Position numbers and translations under genes: made by a program. Below are positions 19,932 to 27,807 of a stretch of 31,005 bases of DNA, one piece after another; positions within the stretch are counted from its first letter, which is position 1; each line of letters begins with the position of its first letter. The stretch is from positions 1 to 31,005 of the forward strand of contig JAPUKI010000389.1 of assembly GCA_027295745.1 (NCBI GenBank), read 5' to 3'. The notes beneath the pieces were generated by a model. The model was not told where the DNA came from, made no database searches, and saw only the letters and a program-made list of their open reading frames with translations. This DNA comes from Acidobacteriota bacterium (lineage in GTDB: Bacteria; Acidobacteriota; UBA6911; RPQK01; JADFOI01).

Positions 19932-19951
19932 GGGGAGTGTGGCTAGAAGAA

Positions 19952-20310
19952 AGGAGGCAGGAGACAGGAGGTAGGAGATAGGCAACTGACCGCTGACAAC
20001 TGACAGCTGACAGTTGACATAAGAGAAAGCACAGCAGTTAGAAGCCGAAGGGCCGAGCTTGAAACTTGGAACTTGGAGGGCGTGTTGCTCAAATGATTCT
20101 ATGGTCCGTGGGAGGCACTTGTGCCAAGGCACCCTCAGGTGCCGAATTTGAGGCGGCTCCCACACTCCGGTCCCTTGCGGCTGGGAGAATGTGGGAGGCA
20201 CTTGTGCCAAGGCACCCTCAGGCCGCGAAGAGATGTCGAAAGTCATTTGAGCAACACGCCCTTGGAACCTGAGAACGCGCGCGAAGCGCGCCTCCTACCT
20301 CCTGTCTCCT
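19952..20310. repeat. Heptamer tandem-repeat locus E, bounded by a perfect 19-bp inverted repeat and interrupted by a MITE
   Basis: AGGAGRN x4 (19952-19979), NCTGACA-type x5 (19985-20019), and a GAAACTT/GGAACTT/GGAACCT array split by the insertion. 19959-19977 is the exact reverse complement of 20292-20310. Confidence 0.9.
20077..20262. mobile_element. MITE, 186 bp, with perfect 20-bp TIRs and target duplication, carrying two REP-like 32-bp direct repeats
   Basis: AGGGCGTGTTGCTCAAATGA (20077-20096) and its exact complement (20243-20262); TGG on both sides (alternatively 19-bp TIRs with TTGGA). Identical 32-mers at 20108-20139 and 20191-20222. Confidence 0.8.
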
Positions 20311-20359
20311 TTCTTCTGTCTCCTGGATTCTTTCCCCGGTCCTATTGTAAGGTTGAGCC

Positions 20360-21391
20360 ATGATTCGAACCATTGAGTGGACCGACGATGGCGTGGTCAT
20401 GATCGATCAGCGATTACTGCCTACCGAGGAAGTTTACAACACCTATCGAAGCGTGGAAGAAGTGGCCGAAGCCATTGAGACCATGGTGATTCGAGGAGCT
20501 CCCGCCATCGGAGTTGCCGCGGCTATGGGGATCGCCCTGGGCGTTGCAAACCTGGCCTCCAAGGAAAACGTGGAGGAAAACTTCGCCGCCATTGCCCTGA
20601 GGATACAGAAAACGCGTCCCACTGCGCGCAATCTCTTCTGGGCCATTGAACGAATGGAAAAGGTCTTTCAGAAAGTCCAGGATCGCTCACTGGAAGAGAT
20701 TCAAAGCGCTATGACGACGGAGGCCGTCACAATCCATCGAGAAGACATCGAGATTAACCGCAAAATCGGAGAACATGGACAGCAACTCCTCTCAGACAAG
20801 ATGACTTTGCTGACCCACTGCAATGCCGGCGCTCTGGCAACGGCAGGCTACGGAACTGCTCTGGGTGTGGTGCGAGCGGCTGTTGAAAATGGAAAAAAAA
20901 TCCAGGTTTTCGCTAACGAGACGCGACCCTTTCTTCAGGGCTCGCGGCTGACCGCCTGGGAGATGATGAAGGAGGATATTCCCTGCACGCTCATCACTGA
21001 CAACATGGCTGGTTACTTCATGCAGTTGAATCAGATCCAAGTCGTGGTCGTGGGAGCCGATCGCATCGCCCGAAACGGGGACGTGGCCAACAAGATTGGA
21101 ACGTATACAGTGGCTGTTCTGGCCAGGGAACACCAGATCCCTTTTTATGTTGCAGCACCTCTTTCCACCATTGACCTGGATACGCCGACTGGGGAGGGCA
21201 TTCCCATCGAGCAGCGAAACATCCAGGAAGTGACCGAGATTAAGGGCCAGGTCATTGCGCCCGCTTCCGTCTCCGTCGCCAATCCGGCCTTTGACGTCAC
21301 TCCCAATCGGCTCGTCTCCGCCATTATCACGGAAAAAGGGGTCGCCACAGATCCCTATGGAGAGTCGATCCCGGCACTATTCGAGAAATGA
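20360..21391 (+). CDS. mtnA: S-methyl-5-thioribose-1-phosphate isomerase
   Basis: [53 protein letters not shown] and NPAFDVTP motifs. Confidence 0.96.
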   Translation: MIRTIEWTDDGVVMIDQRLLPTEEVYNTYRSVEEVAEAIETMVIRGAPAIGVAAAMGIALGVANLASKENVEENFAAIALRIQKTRPTARNLFWAIERMEKVFQKVQDRSLEEIQSAMTTEAVTIHREDIEINRKIGEHGQQLLSDKMTLLTHCNAGALATAGYGTALGVVRAAVENGKKIQVFANETRPFLQGSRLTAWEMMKEDIPCTLITDNMAGYFMQLNQIQVVVVGADRIARNGDVANKIGTYTVAVLAREHQIPFYVAAPLSTIDLDTPTGEGIPIEQRNIQEVTEIKGQVIAPASVSVANPAFDVTPNRLVSAIITEKGVATDPYGESIPALFEK

Positions 21392-22458
21392 TTGTCCTGG
21401 GTATTGAGTCCAGCTGTGACGAGACGGCCGCAGCCCTGGTCAGGGACGGCCAAACCATTCTCTCCAGCGTGGTGGCCTCACAAATTCCCATGCACGCCGC
21501 TTTCGGTGGTGTGGTTCCTGAGCTGGCGAGCCGCGAGCACGTCGAGAACATCTGCTTCATCATCGAGAAATGTTTACAGGAGGCAGACATGACCTGGAAG
21601 GACATCACGGCCATTGCAGTGACACGGGGACCGGGCCTAATGGGCGCGCTGATGGTCGGCATGGCTTACGCAAAGGCACTGGCCTTTGCCGTGAAAATTC
21701 CTTTTGTGGGAATAAACCACCTGGAGGGACATCTCTGTTCTATTTTCCTGGATCATCCCGATGCCGAGCTGCCCGCCCTTTCTCTGGTGGTCTCGGGAGG
21801 ACACACCAGCCTCTTTCATCAGAAGGAGCTGGGGAGCTATCAGGAGATTTCCAGAACTCGAGACGATGCTGCCGGAGAAGCCCTGGACAAGCTTTCCAAA
21901 TACTTAGGCTTAGGCTATCCCGGAGGACCGGTCATAGATCGACTGGCGCCTCAAGGGGATCCCCACAGTGTTGCCTTTTCGATACCGAAAATCAGCGACG
22001 GCAGCCTCGATTTCAGCTTCAGTGGGATCAAAACAGCCGCCTTGCGTCACATCAAGCAGCACGATATTTCCCCGCTGAAGCGGAGTGTTTCAGAGAATTC
22101 TGACCTGGTGCCCCAGCCGATTCTGGATCTTCTGGCCAGCTATCAAAGCTCCATTGTGGATCAACTATTGGACCGCTTGAAGAAGGCACTGAGAGGCAGA
22201 GATGTCCGTTCCATCCAAATCTCGGGAGGAGTAGCCGGTAACAGTGAACTGCGCCGGCGCGCCCGGGAATTTTTCCAGGAGCGGGGACTTCCCGTCTACT
22301 ATCCCCGATCCGAGCTGACCACGGATAACGCCGCCATGATAGCGGCTGCTGCTACTGCTCGACTTCAGGCTAAAGCAGCCGACCCCTGGGACCTTCGCCC
22401 CGATCCCAACTTGAAAGTGAGCGCGACGCGCTCACTTTCAAGAAATCACAAATCCTAA
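21388..22458 (+). CDS. tsaD: tRNA N6-threonylcarbamoyladenosine transferase subunit
   Basis: [55 protein letters not shown] and DNAAMI motifs. Confidence 0.97.
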   Translation: MIVLGIESSCDETAAALVRDGQTILSSVVASQIPMHAAFGGVVPELASREHVENICFIIEKCLQEADMTWKDITAIAVTRGPGLMGALMVGMAYAKALAFAVKIPFVGINHLEGHLCSIFLDHPDAELPALSLVVSGGHTSLFHQKELGSYQEISRTRDDAAGEALDKLSKYLGLGYPGGPVIDRLAPQGDPHSVAFSIPKISDGSLDFSFSGIKTAALRHIKQHDISPLKRSVSENSDLVPQPILDLLASYQSSIVDQLLDRLKKALRGRDVRSIQISGGVAGNSELRRRAREFFQERGLPVYYPRSELTTDNAAMIAAAATARLQAKAADPWDLRPDPNLKVSATRSLSRNHKS

Positions 22459-22652
22459 ATCCCAAATTCCAAATAAATTCCAAATCATAAATTCCAAATT
22501 CTAAACTCAAAGCATGAAACCCTTCGAAAGACGCGAATGTCGAAATTCTTTAGAGAAATCAGTTGGGAGGTTTCAGAATTGGGATTTGTAAAGTTACCCC
22601 ACTTTCGTGGACAGTTTCTAGTTTGGGTTTTGGGATTTGGAATTTGGAATTT
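22443..22652. repeat. Heptamer tandem-repeat locus F (between convergent tsaD and brx-rhodanese)
   Basis: About nine AAATYCN-type units at 22443-22509 face TTTGGRW units at 22622-22652 (imperfect inverted pair) around a core of about 110 bp. Confidence 0.9.
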
Positions 22653-22686
22653 CAGCTGAAAGCTGACGGTCGTCAGCTTTCAGCTG
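22653..22686. terminator. Perfect 16-bp hairpin between convergent genes; candidate bidirectional terminator or processing site
   Basis: CAGCTGAAAGCTGACG-GT-CGTCAGCTTTCAGCTG. It contains the TGA stop of the minus-strand gene. No long U tract is present. Confidence 0.55.
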
Positions 22687-23428
22687 CCGCCCAAGCTTCA
22701 AAGCCGCCTGAGAGGGTGAAGACGTTTTGGAATCCCTGCGTTCTTAAGAACTGGGTCGTCGTCAGACTCCTCTCGCCATGCTGGCAGTAAACAATGATCT
22801 GGCGATCTCGGGGCCAACTGCTGACGATTTCCTGCCCCAGCTTCTCATCCACCATCAGGGCACCTTCGATCTTTCCCTTCTCGACTTCAGAAGGCATCCG
22901 CAGATCCAGAAGAGTCAGCTCGGAGTTAGCGGAGATCTTCTCCCGGGCTTCCTCCACCGTCATCTGCAGCTCATTCAGGGGATCGAAGATCTCGGCCGAT
23001 TCATCGATCTCTTCCCCGCAGTACCTGTTGTAGGCGCTGGTCAGCATCTTTGTGAGAGCCTCCGCCGTCTGACCCTCTACTTGATGTCTTTCGATCATGT
23101 GCACGAGTCGGCCGTCGCGGAACAGAGCCATGCAGGGGGAAGAGGGAGCATACCCGACGAAACATTCTCTGGCCCGATCCACAGCTTCCACGTCGTTGCC
23201 TGCAAAGGCCGTGGCCAGATTTTGGGGAAGGATCTCATTCTTCAAGGATTCAATGAGTGCAGGCCTGGCTATACCGGCGGCACAGCCACAGATGGAATTA
23301 ATGAAGATCAGATTAGTTGTCTCCTTTTGCCCCACCAGGGCATCCACATCTTCGGCGCTGCTCAATTCCTTGAAACCAGCCTGGGTCATTTCATCGCGCA
23401 TGGGCTGAACCATCACGGGATCGTACAT
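22673..23428 (-). CDS. BrxA/BrxB-family bacilliredoxin fused to a C-terminal rhodanese domain
   Basis: N-domain: INSICGCAAGIARP (CGC motif), FAGND, PSSP, ERHQVEG as in YphP/YqiW. C-domain: DLR..E...G.IEGA, YCQHGERS, LSGGFEAW. AAAGGAGG RBS precedes ATG 23428. Confidence 0.88.
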   Translation of the reverse strand: MYDPVMVQPMRDEMTQAGFKELSSAEDVDALVGQKETTNLIFINSICGCAAGIARPALIESLKNEILPQNLATAFAGNDVEAVDRARECFVGYAPSSPCMALFRDGRLVHMIERHQVEGQTAEALTKMLTSAYNRYCGEEIDESAEIFDPLNELQMTVEEAREKISANSELTLLDLRMPSEVEKGKIEGALMVDEKLGQEIVSSWPRDRQIIVYCQHGERSLTTTQFLRTQGFQNVFTLSGGFEAWAAAES

Positions 23429-23470
23429 AAGCAAATTCCTCCTTTATTCGGTCTAAACATTAGACGAAAC

Positions 23471-23782
23471 TTAGGGTAACTCTATCTTGATATCATCGCC
23501 TTCGACGAGCACCTTATAGGTTCCGACGCCATCCTGAGCGGGTGCCCGCACCACATTACCCGTCTCGAGATCGAACTGAGCACCGTGCCAGGGGCAGGTC
23601 ACGCTGGTAGAACTCACCTCTCCCTGCGACAGAGAGCCTCCAACGTGAGTGCAGGTATCGTCGATGGCGTAGTAAGTTCCCTCAACGTTGAAGAGGGCGA
23701 TCTTCTGCCCATTCACCTCAACACAGAGGGCGTCACCAGGCTTCAAATCCTGCTTCGCTGCTACTTTAGTCGCTTCTCCCAT
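23471..23782 (-). CDS. Rieske (2Fe-2S) ferredoxin
   Basis: 103 aa with CTH-x16-CPWH; AGGAGG RBS 8 nt upstream. Confidence 0.92.
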   Translation of the reverse strand: MGEATKVAAKQDLKPGDALCVEVNGQKIALFNVEGTYYAIDDTCTHVGGSLSQGEVSSTSVTCPWHGAQFDLETGNVVRAPAQDGVGTYKVLVEGDDIKIELP

Positions 23783-23790
23783 TTTTTAGT

Positions 23791-23814
23791 CCTCCTGATT
23801 TACTTTTTATACCA
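23791..23814 (-). promoter_or_regulatory. Extended -10 (TGGTATAAA, 23806-23814) and RBS (AGGAGG, 23791-23796) for the Rieske/brx-rhodanese unit
   Basis: AT-rich intergenic stretch with TG-n-TATAAA; no good -35 at 17-bp spacing. Confidence 0.45.
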
Positions 23815-23858
23815 ATATATCGAAAATCTCATCCTGGGGGAAGCGGGAAACTGAGAAT

Positions 23859-24866
23859 TCATGGATCCAGGGCTGTAGGAGTAAAAGAAAACCAATGGAC
23901 GATGCCATCAGAGCTCACACGGCGCGTGCCCTGAACGTGCTCACGCTTCTGCCTGAACTTTTGTCGAAGGCACCACACTTCACGATAAGCCGGCAGAGAA
24001 CTCCACTCGAAGAGCAGGACATAGGCAAGAATGCCCACATCCCGCATCCACATATGGGGAAAGCAGCGTCTTCGCACCGCTGAGTCGAGGTTCTTCATCC
24101 GCATCAGATAGCGGTTTTTGAGGGAATGGTAATTAATGAGTGGGGGGAGCTGTTTCCTGCCCCGGGGGAGCACCCGACGGCAATGCAGGGCCTCAGCTCG
24201 CGGTTCGTAAACCGCCCTCCAACCTCGCAGCTGAGCCCTCCAGGCCAGATCTGCGTCTTCACGATAGGCAAAGAAGTCTTCATCCAGATACTCATCCCCC
24301 AGGCGCAAATCCTCCAACATTTCTTTTCTGCATAAGAGGGTCGCTCCGGTGATACCGAAAACGAGTTGACGAAGATCATACTGTCCGCGGTCTTCTTCTT
24401 CACTGCCCCGGTCAAAATGTCTTTGAGAAGGAGTGAAGAACATCCCGGTGCTATCCAGAACTGGAAAGGCCTCCCGAAAAACCTGGCGTCCTTCCGTATT
24501 CATCCGATACAGTTTTCCCCCTGCCATCCCGGCATTTTCAACCTCATTCAGGGCCCCCACAAGCACCTCCAGATAGTTGAGCTGCAAAATGACGTCTGCA
24601 TTGAGAAGCAGGGCAGTGTCGAAATCCTCACCCAGAAGGTTGTGGTTGTGGCCAAAACTGTAGCCGCGATTTTCCGTCGATTCATGCAATTGGACTCCAT
24701 AGCTGCGAGCAATGTCTAGAGTCCCATCGTGAGAATCGTTATCAAAGAGCTTCACACGCACATCAATGGTTTGTCTTTGCACCGCCTCCAGGCAACGAGC
24801 TAGAAAAGACTCGTCATTGTATGTGACCAGGCTCACCAGGACCGGACCTCTGCTTGCGGTGTTCAT
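23859..24866 (-). CDS. Glycosyltransferase family 2
   Basis: LVTYN, DNDSHDG, NRGYSFGHN, LLNAD, GATLLCR and FAYREDADL motifs. Start at ATG 24866 overlaps the upstream stop (ATGA). Confidence 0.9.
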   Translation of the reverse strand: MNTASRGPVLVSLVTYNDESFLARCLEAVQRQTIDVRVKLFDNDSHDGTLDIARSYGVQLHESTENRGYSFGHNHNLLGEDFDTALLLNADVILQLNYLEVLVGALNEVENAGMAGGKLYRMNTEGRQVFREAFPVLDSTGMFFTPSQRHFDRGSEEEDRGQYDLRQLVFGITGATLLCRKEMLEDLRLGDEYLDEDFFAYREDADLAWRAQLRGWRAVYEPRAEALHCRRVLPRGRKQLPPLINYHSLKNRYLMRMKNLDSAVRRRCFPHMWMRDVGILAYVLLFEWSSLPAYREVWCLRQKFRQKREHVQGTRRVSSDGIVHWFSFTPTALDP

Positions 24867-25738
24867 CTTGATTTCAACAGCCGCCTGATCCACATTCCAG
24901 TTTGGACGGGAAGCCACAGCAGCGGATAGAGACGGGCATGATGCTTTTTCAGGTATCTGAGCAGATTTTGGTAAAAGATTCCAACAAAACCCGCATAACT
25001 CAGTGTTTCTAACGCCAGTCCGCCTCGGTGGATCATGGGCAAGTCAGGAAAATAGAAAATCTGCCACCCGCAGCCCTGGAGTCGCTTGCAATAATCGACA
25101 TCCTCAAACCAGGCCGGATAAAATCTGGTATCGAACCCACCCAGTTCCTTCCAGGCCTCCTTGCGAAGCAACCAGGCAGCCGCAGCCGGCTGCTCAGAGT
25201 CCAATTTTCGCACGCCCCGGGAAGAGGACCCACCGACTGCATTCGACTTGCGCCTCAGGGATCCACTGCCAAGCCCTGGCATGAGCTCATCGATAAAGAG
25301 TGCATCGGACAATACACTTTTCCAGCTGGGAAAGGGGCGAAGCTGAAAGGCGCTCTGTGATTTTCCCTCTGGATCCTCCAGTGCACCACAAACGATGGCA
25401 GCTCGGGGCCTCTTCTTCATCTCCTGGTAGAGCTTCCGAACGCTGTCTGGGAGCACTTCCACATCCGGGTTGAACAGCAAGATGAAAGCGGAGCTGCTTC
25501 GAGAGATGCCTTCATTGGCTCCACCAGCAAAACCCTGATTCTCCGGGAGAGACAGGATCTGGACACCAGGAGTGTTCTCGAGCCCACCCAGGCTGGAGTC
25601 GCTGGAGGCATTATCCACAACCCAGATTTCTTCCAACTCATCTTTTAAGGGGAGGAGAGAAGTCAGCAGACGCGCCAGGTAGGTCCCGCTGTTCCAATTC
25701 ACGATGACCACGCTCAGATCCATCAGCAAACGCCTCAT
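24863..25738 (-). CDS. Glycosyltransferase family 2
   Basis: SVVIVNWNS, VVDNASSD, NQGFAGGAN, LFNPD and GGFD.RFYPAWFEDVD motifs. Alternative start at 25723. Confidence 0.9.
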   Translation of the reverse strand: MRRLLMDLSVVIVNWNSGTYLARLLTSLLPLKDELEEIWVVDNASSDSSLGGLENTPGVQILSLPENQGFAGGANEGISRSSSAFILLFNPDVEVLPDSVRKLYQEMKKRPRAAIVCGALEDPEGKSQSAFQLRPFPSWKSVLSDALFIDELMPGLGSGSLRRKSNAVGGSSSRGVRKLDSEQPAAAAWLLRKEAWKELGGFDTRFYPAWFEDVDYCKRLQGCGWQIFYFPDLPMIHRGGLALETLSYAGFVGIFYQNLLRYLKKHHARLYPLLWLPVQTGMWIRRLLKSR

Positions 25739-25745
25739 TGATGAA

Positions 25746-26720
25746 TTAGTGCCCCCTCAAGTTCTGGAGCTCCTCACCCAGTTGGGTAACCCCCTGCAGA
25801 TGCCTTGCTCCGATCTCCTGGACAACTTCACGGTAGCTCCAGGCAGATCTGCCGCCCACCAGCAATGAGATAGGATCCTCCAAATGGCGGCGGAGCTTCC
25901 CCAGCTCTTCCGGCAGCTGGGGGTCATCAGGCGGATAAACAATGCTGAGATCAACCGCTCGAGCTCCCTTCTGCTGGGCCGCAGCTGCGATTTCTTCAGC
26001 CGAGAGGCTGGTACCCAGATAAGTAACACACCAGCCCAGCGATGCAGCTGTGGCAGCCACCATCCGAGCACCCACCTCGTGAAATTGTCGCACAGGTGTT
26101 GCAACCACCAATTGAGGCGCCCCTTCCGGCACCTCACATCCCGCTGGCAGCCCCGACAGAAACGAACACGTGACCGCACAGGCCATATGCTCATGGGCCA
26201 CCCTCAGAGATCCCTGGTCCCACTGCTCCCCGACCTCTTCCATCAATGGGACCAGGACACCTTCCATGAGCTGAGGTTGACTTAAGTCGACCGCGGCAGG
26301 TTCGAGCAGGATCGCCAGCTCACCGGCCTCGAGTTCCTGAACGGCCCACAGGCAGGCAGCTAAATGCTGCTCGGCATTCGCTTTCTGAACAACCTCCTGG
26401 CGAGTTCTGAGGTGCGGGGTGGCGCTTCGATCTGCCACCACCAATTCCTCCAGCTCCGCATGATTGAGCTGAGCCACCTGAGAGATTCTGCGCCCACCTT
26501 CAATCGCCTGACGCAAGAAAAGAAGTTTTTCTATGTCTGCATCCGAGTAAACGCGCCGATTTCCAGAGGACCGGGCAGGACTCACTGCACTGTAGCGCTT
26601 TTCCCAGGCACGCAGGACATCCGGTTTCAAACCTGTGCGCCGGAACACCACGCCAATGGGATGACGGGGTTGGTGGTAAAGCGAGTCAGTCGGCTGTGAG
26701 CTCATAGAAGATGTCCTCAT
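25746..26720 (-). CDS. MerR-family regulator with a cobalamin-binding domain (CarH/LitR-like)
   Basis: MerR HTH with WEKRY and R..GNRRVYS; W-x9-EH (WDQGSLRVAHEH); QxHxxG-x41-SxV-x27-GG B12 motif. Alternative start at 26705. Confidence 0.85.
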   Translation of the reverse strand: MRTSSMSSQPTDSLYHQPRHPIGVVFRRTGLKPDVLRAWEKRYSAVSPARSSGNRRVYSDADIEKLLFLRQAIEGGRRISQVAQLNHAELEELVVADRSATPHLRTRQEVVQKANAEQHLAACLWAVQELEAGELAILLEPAAVDLSQPQLMEGVLVPLMEEVGEQWDQGSLRVAHEHMACAVTCSFLSGLPAGCEVPEGAPQLVVATPVRQFHEVGARMVAATAASLGWCVTYLGTSLSAEEIAAAAQQKGARAVDLSIVYPPDDPQLPEELGKLRRHLEDPISLLVGGRSAWSYREVVQEIGARHLQGVTQLGEELQNLRGH

Positions 26721-27807
26721 ATTGAGTCACCACTGCTTCCCAATTGTAGGAATCCTGCACCCGTCGCTGCGCCCGCTCCCGGTATTGTTCGTATTGGTGA
26801 GGTCGGGAGCAGACCCGCAGCATCAACCGGGCCAGTGACTTCGAATCGTTGAAAGGATAGAGAAAACCTGCCTCGCCGAGAACCTCACGATTCTCCGGTG
26901 TCTCGTTGACCAGCACCAGGCAACCCACTCCCATTGCCTCAATGAGGGCAGGATGAGTCCCCCCCACCTCGGTTGCGTGAATGTAGCACAGACAGTGGGA
27001 AAGCAATTCACGGTAGCCCACACCGTAGATGGCTCCAGGCAGAAGAACCTTCCTGCCCTCGGCCAGGCGATTCAGCTCGCGGATATAATCTTCAGCATAG
27101 GGCGCATCTCCCACCACAACCAGTGGGTAGTCCAGACCGGATTCGATATAAGACCGGATCACCAGATGGGCATTGTTCTCGGGTTCAAGCCGGCTGACGT
27201 AGAGAAGATAATTTCGAGGTGTCAGCCCCAGGGATTGCACTGCTTCGAGGCTTTTGCACTCTTGCACGGGTGCTCCATAAGGGATAAACGGGGAACGAAA
27301 TCCATACTCTCTCAAGTAGTATTGTTGAACGGAACGAGCGTCGGTCACCGCCCGATCAGGGAGTAGTGTGGACAAGAACTCATTCAACCGATAGTAGGTC
27401 TTGCCCAGACGGTTCCACTTCTTCCTGAGGCGCTCGATTCCATCGACGTTCAGCACCACTTTCTGCCCGGTGAGTGTCGGGATCCAGCAAAAACAGGCAT
27501 TGGCGGCATTACAGATCAAGATCACGTCATAGGGCTTGAAGAGAGCCGCCAAAACGGAGAGAAATGTGTGGGTGACTGTCTCCAGATATTTCGTCTGCAC
27601 ACAAGGAAGTGGGCAGATATTCACCCCACGATAGGAGCGCAAGTCAGGATCGACAAAGTGAGAGCGCCCGTAGACAGTGACCCGGTGTCCCCGCTCTACC
27701 AGACGAGTGGAAAGTTCCTCAGCAAAGGTTTCAAAACCTCCATAATTGGCAGGAATTCCACGGGTTCCCAGCAGTGCAATATTAAGCGCCTTTTTCCTGT
27801 CCGCCAT
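26686..27807 (-). CDS. Glycosyltransferase family 4 (DUF1972-like N-terminus)
   Basis: LGTRGIPANYGGFETFAEEL, NVDGIE, SRLEPENN and HATEVGGTHPALIEAM motifs. Confidence 0.9.
   Translation of the reverse strand: MADRKKALNIALLGTRGIPANYGGFETFAEELSTRLVERGHRVTVYGRSHFVDPDLRSYRGVNICPLPCVQTKYLETVTHTFLSVLAALFKPYDVILICNAANACFCWIPTLTGQKVVLNVDGIERLRKKWNRLGKTYYRLNEFLSTLLPDRAVTDARSVQQYYLREYGFRSPFIPYGAPVQECKSLEAVQSLGLTPRNYLLYVSRLEPENNAHLVIRSYIESGLDYPLVVVGDAPYAEDYIRELNRLAEGRKVLLPGAIYGVGYRELLSHCLCYIHATEVGGTHPALIEAMGVGCLVLVNETPENREVLGEAGFLYPFNDSKSLARLMLRVCSRPHQYEQYRERAQRRVQDSYNWEAVVTQYEDIFYELTAD

Noticed and set aside
20108-20222. Mini-CRISPR (two 32-bp repeats with a 51-bp spacer)
   Set aside because: Only two repeats, the spacer is partly complementary to the repeat, the unit is enclosed by TIRs, and no cas gene or leader is present.
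19926-20400. Short ORFs across the msbA-mtnA intergenic region
   Set aside because: They are translations of heptamer arrays and MITE repeats with no coding signature.
22537-22659. 40-aa ORF (MSKFFREISW...) in the core of repeat locus F as a small protein or gene remnant
   Set aside because: No clear RBS, the last third is translated repeat (GFGIWNF), and no family is recognisable; it cannot be supported without homology or ribosome data.
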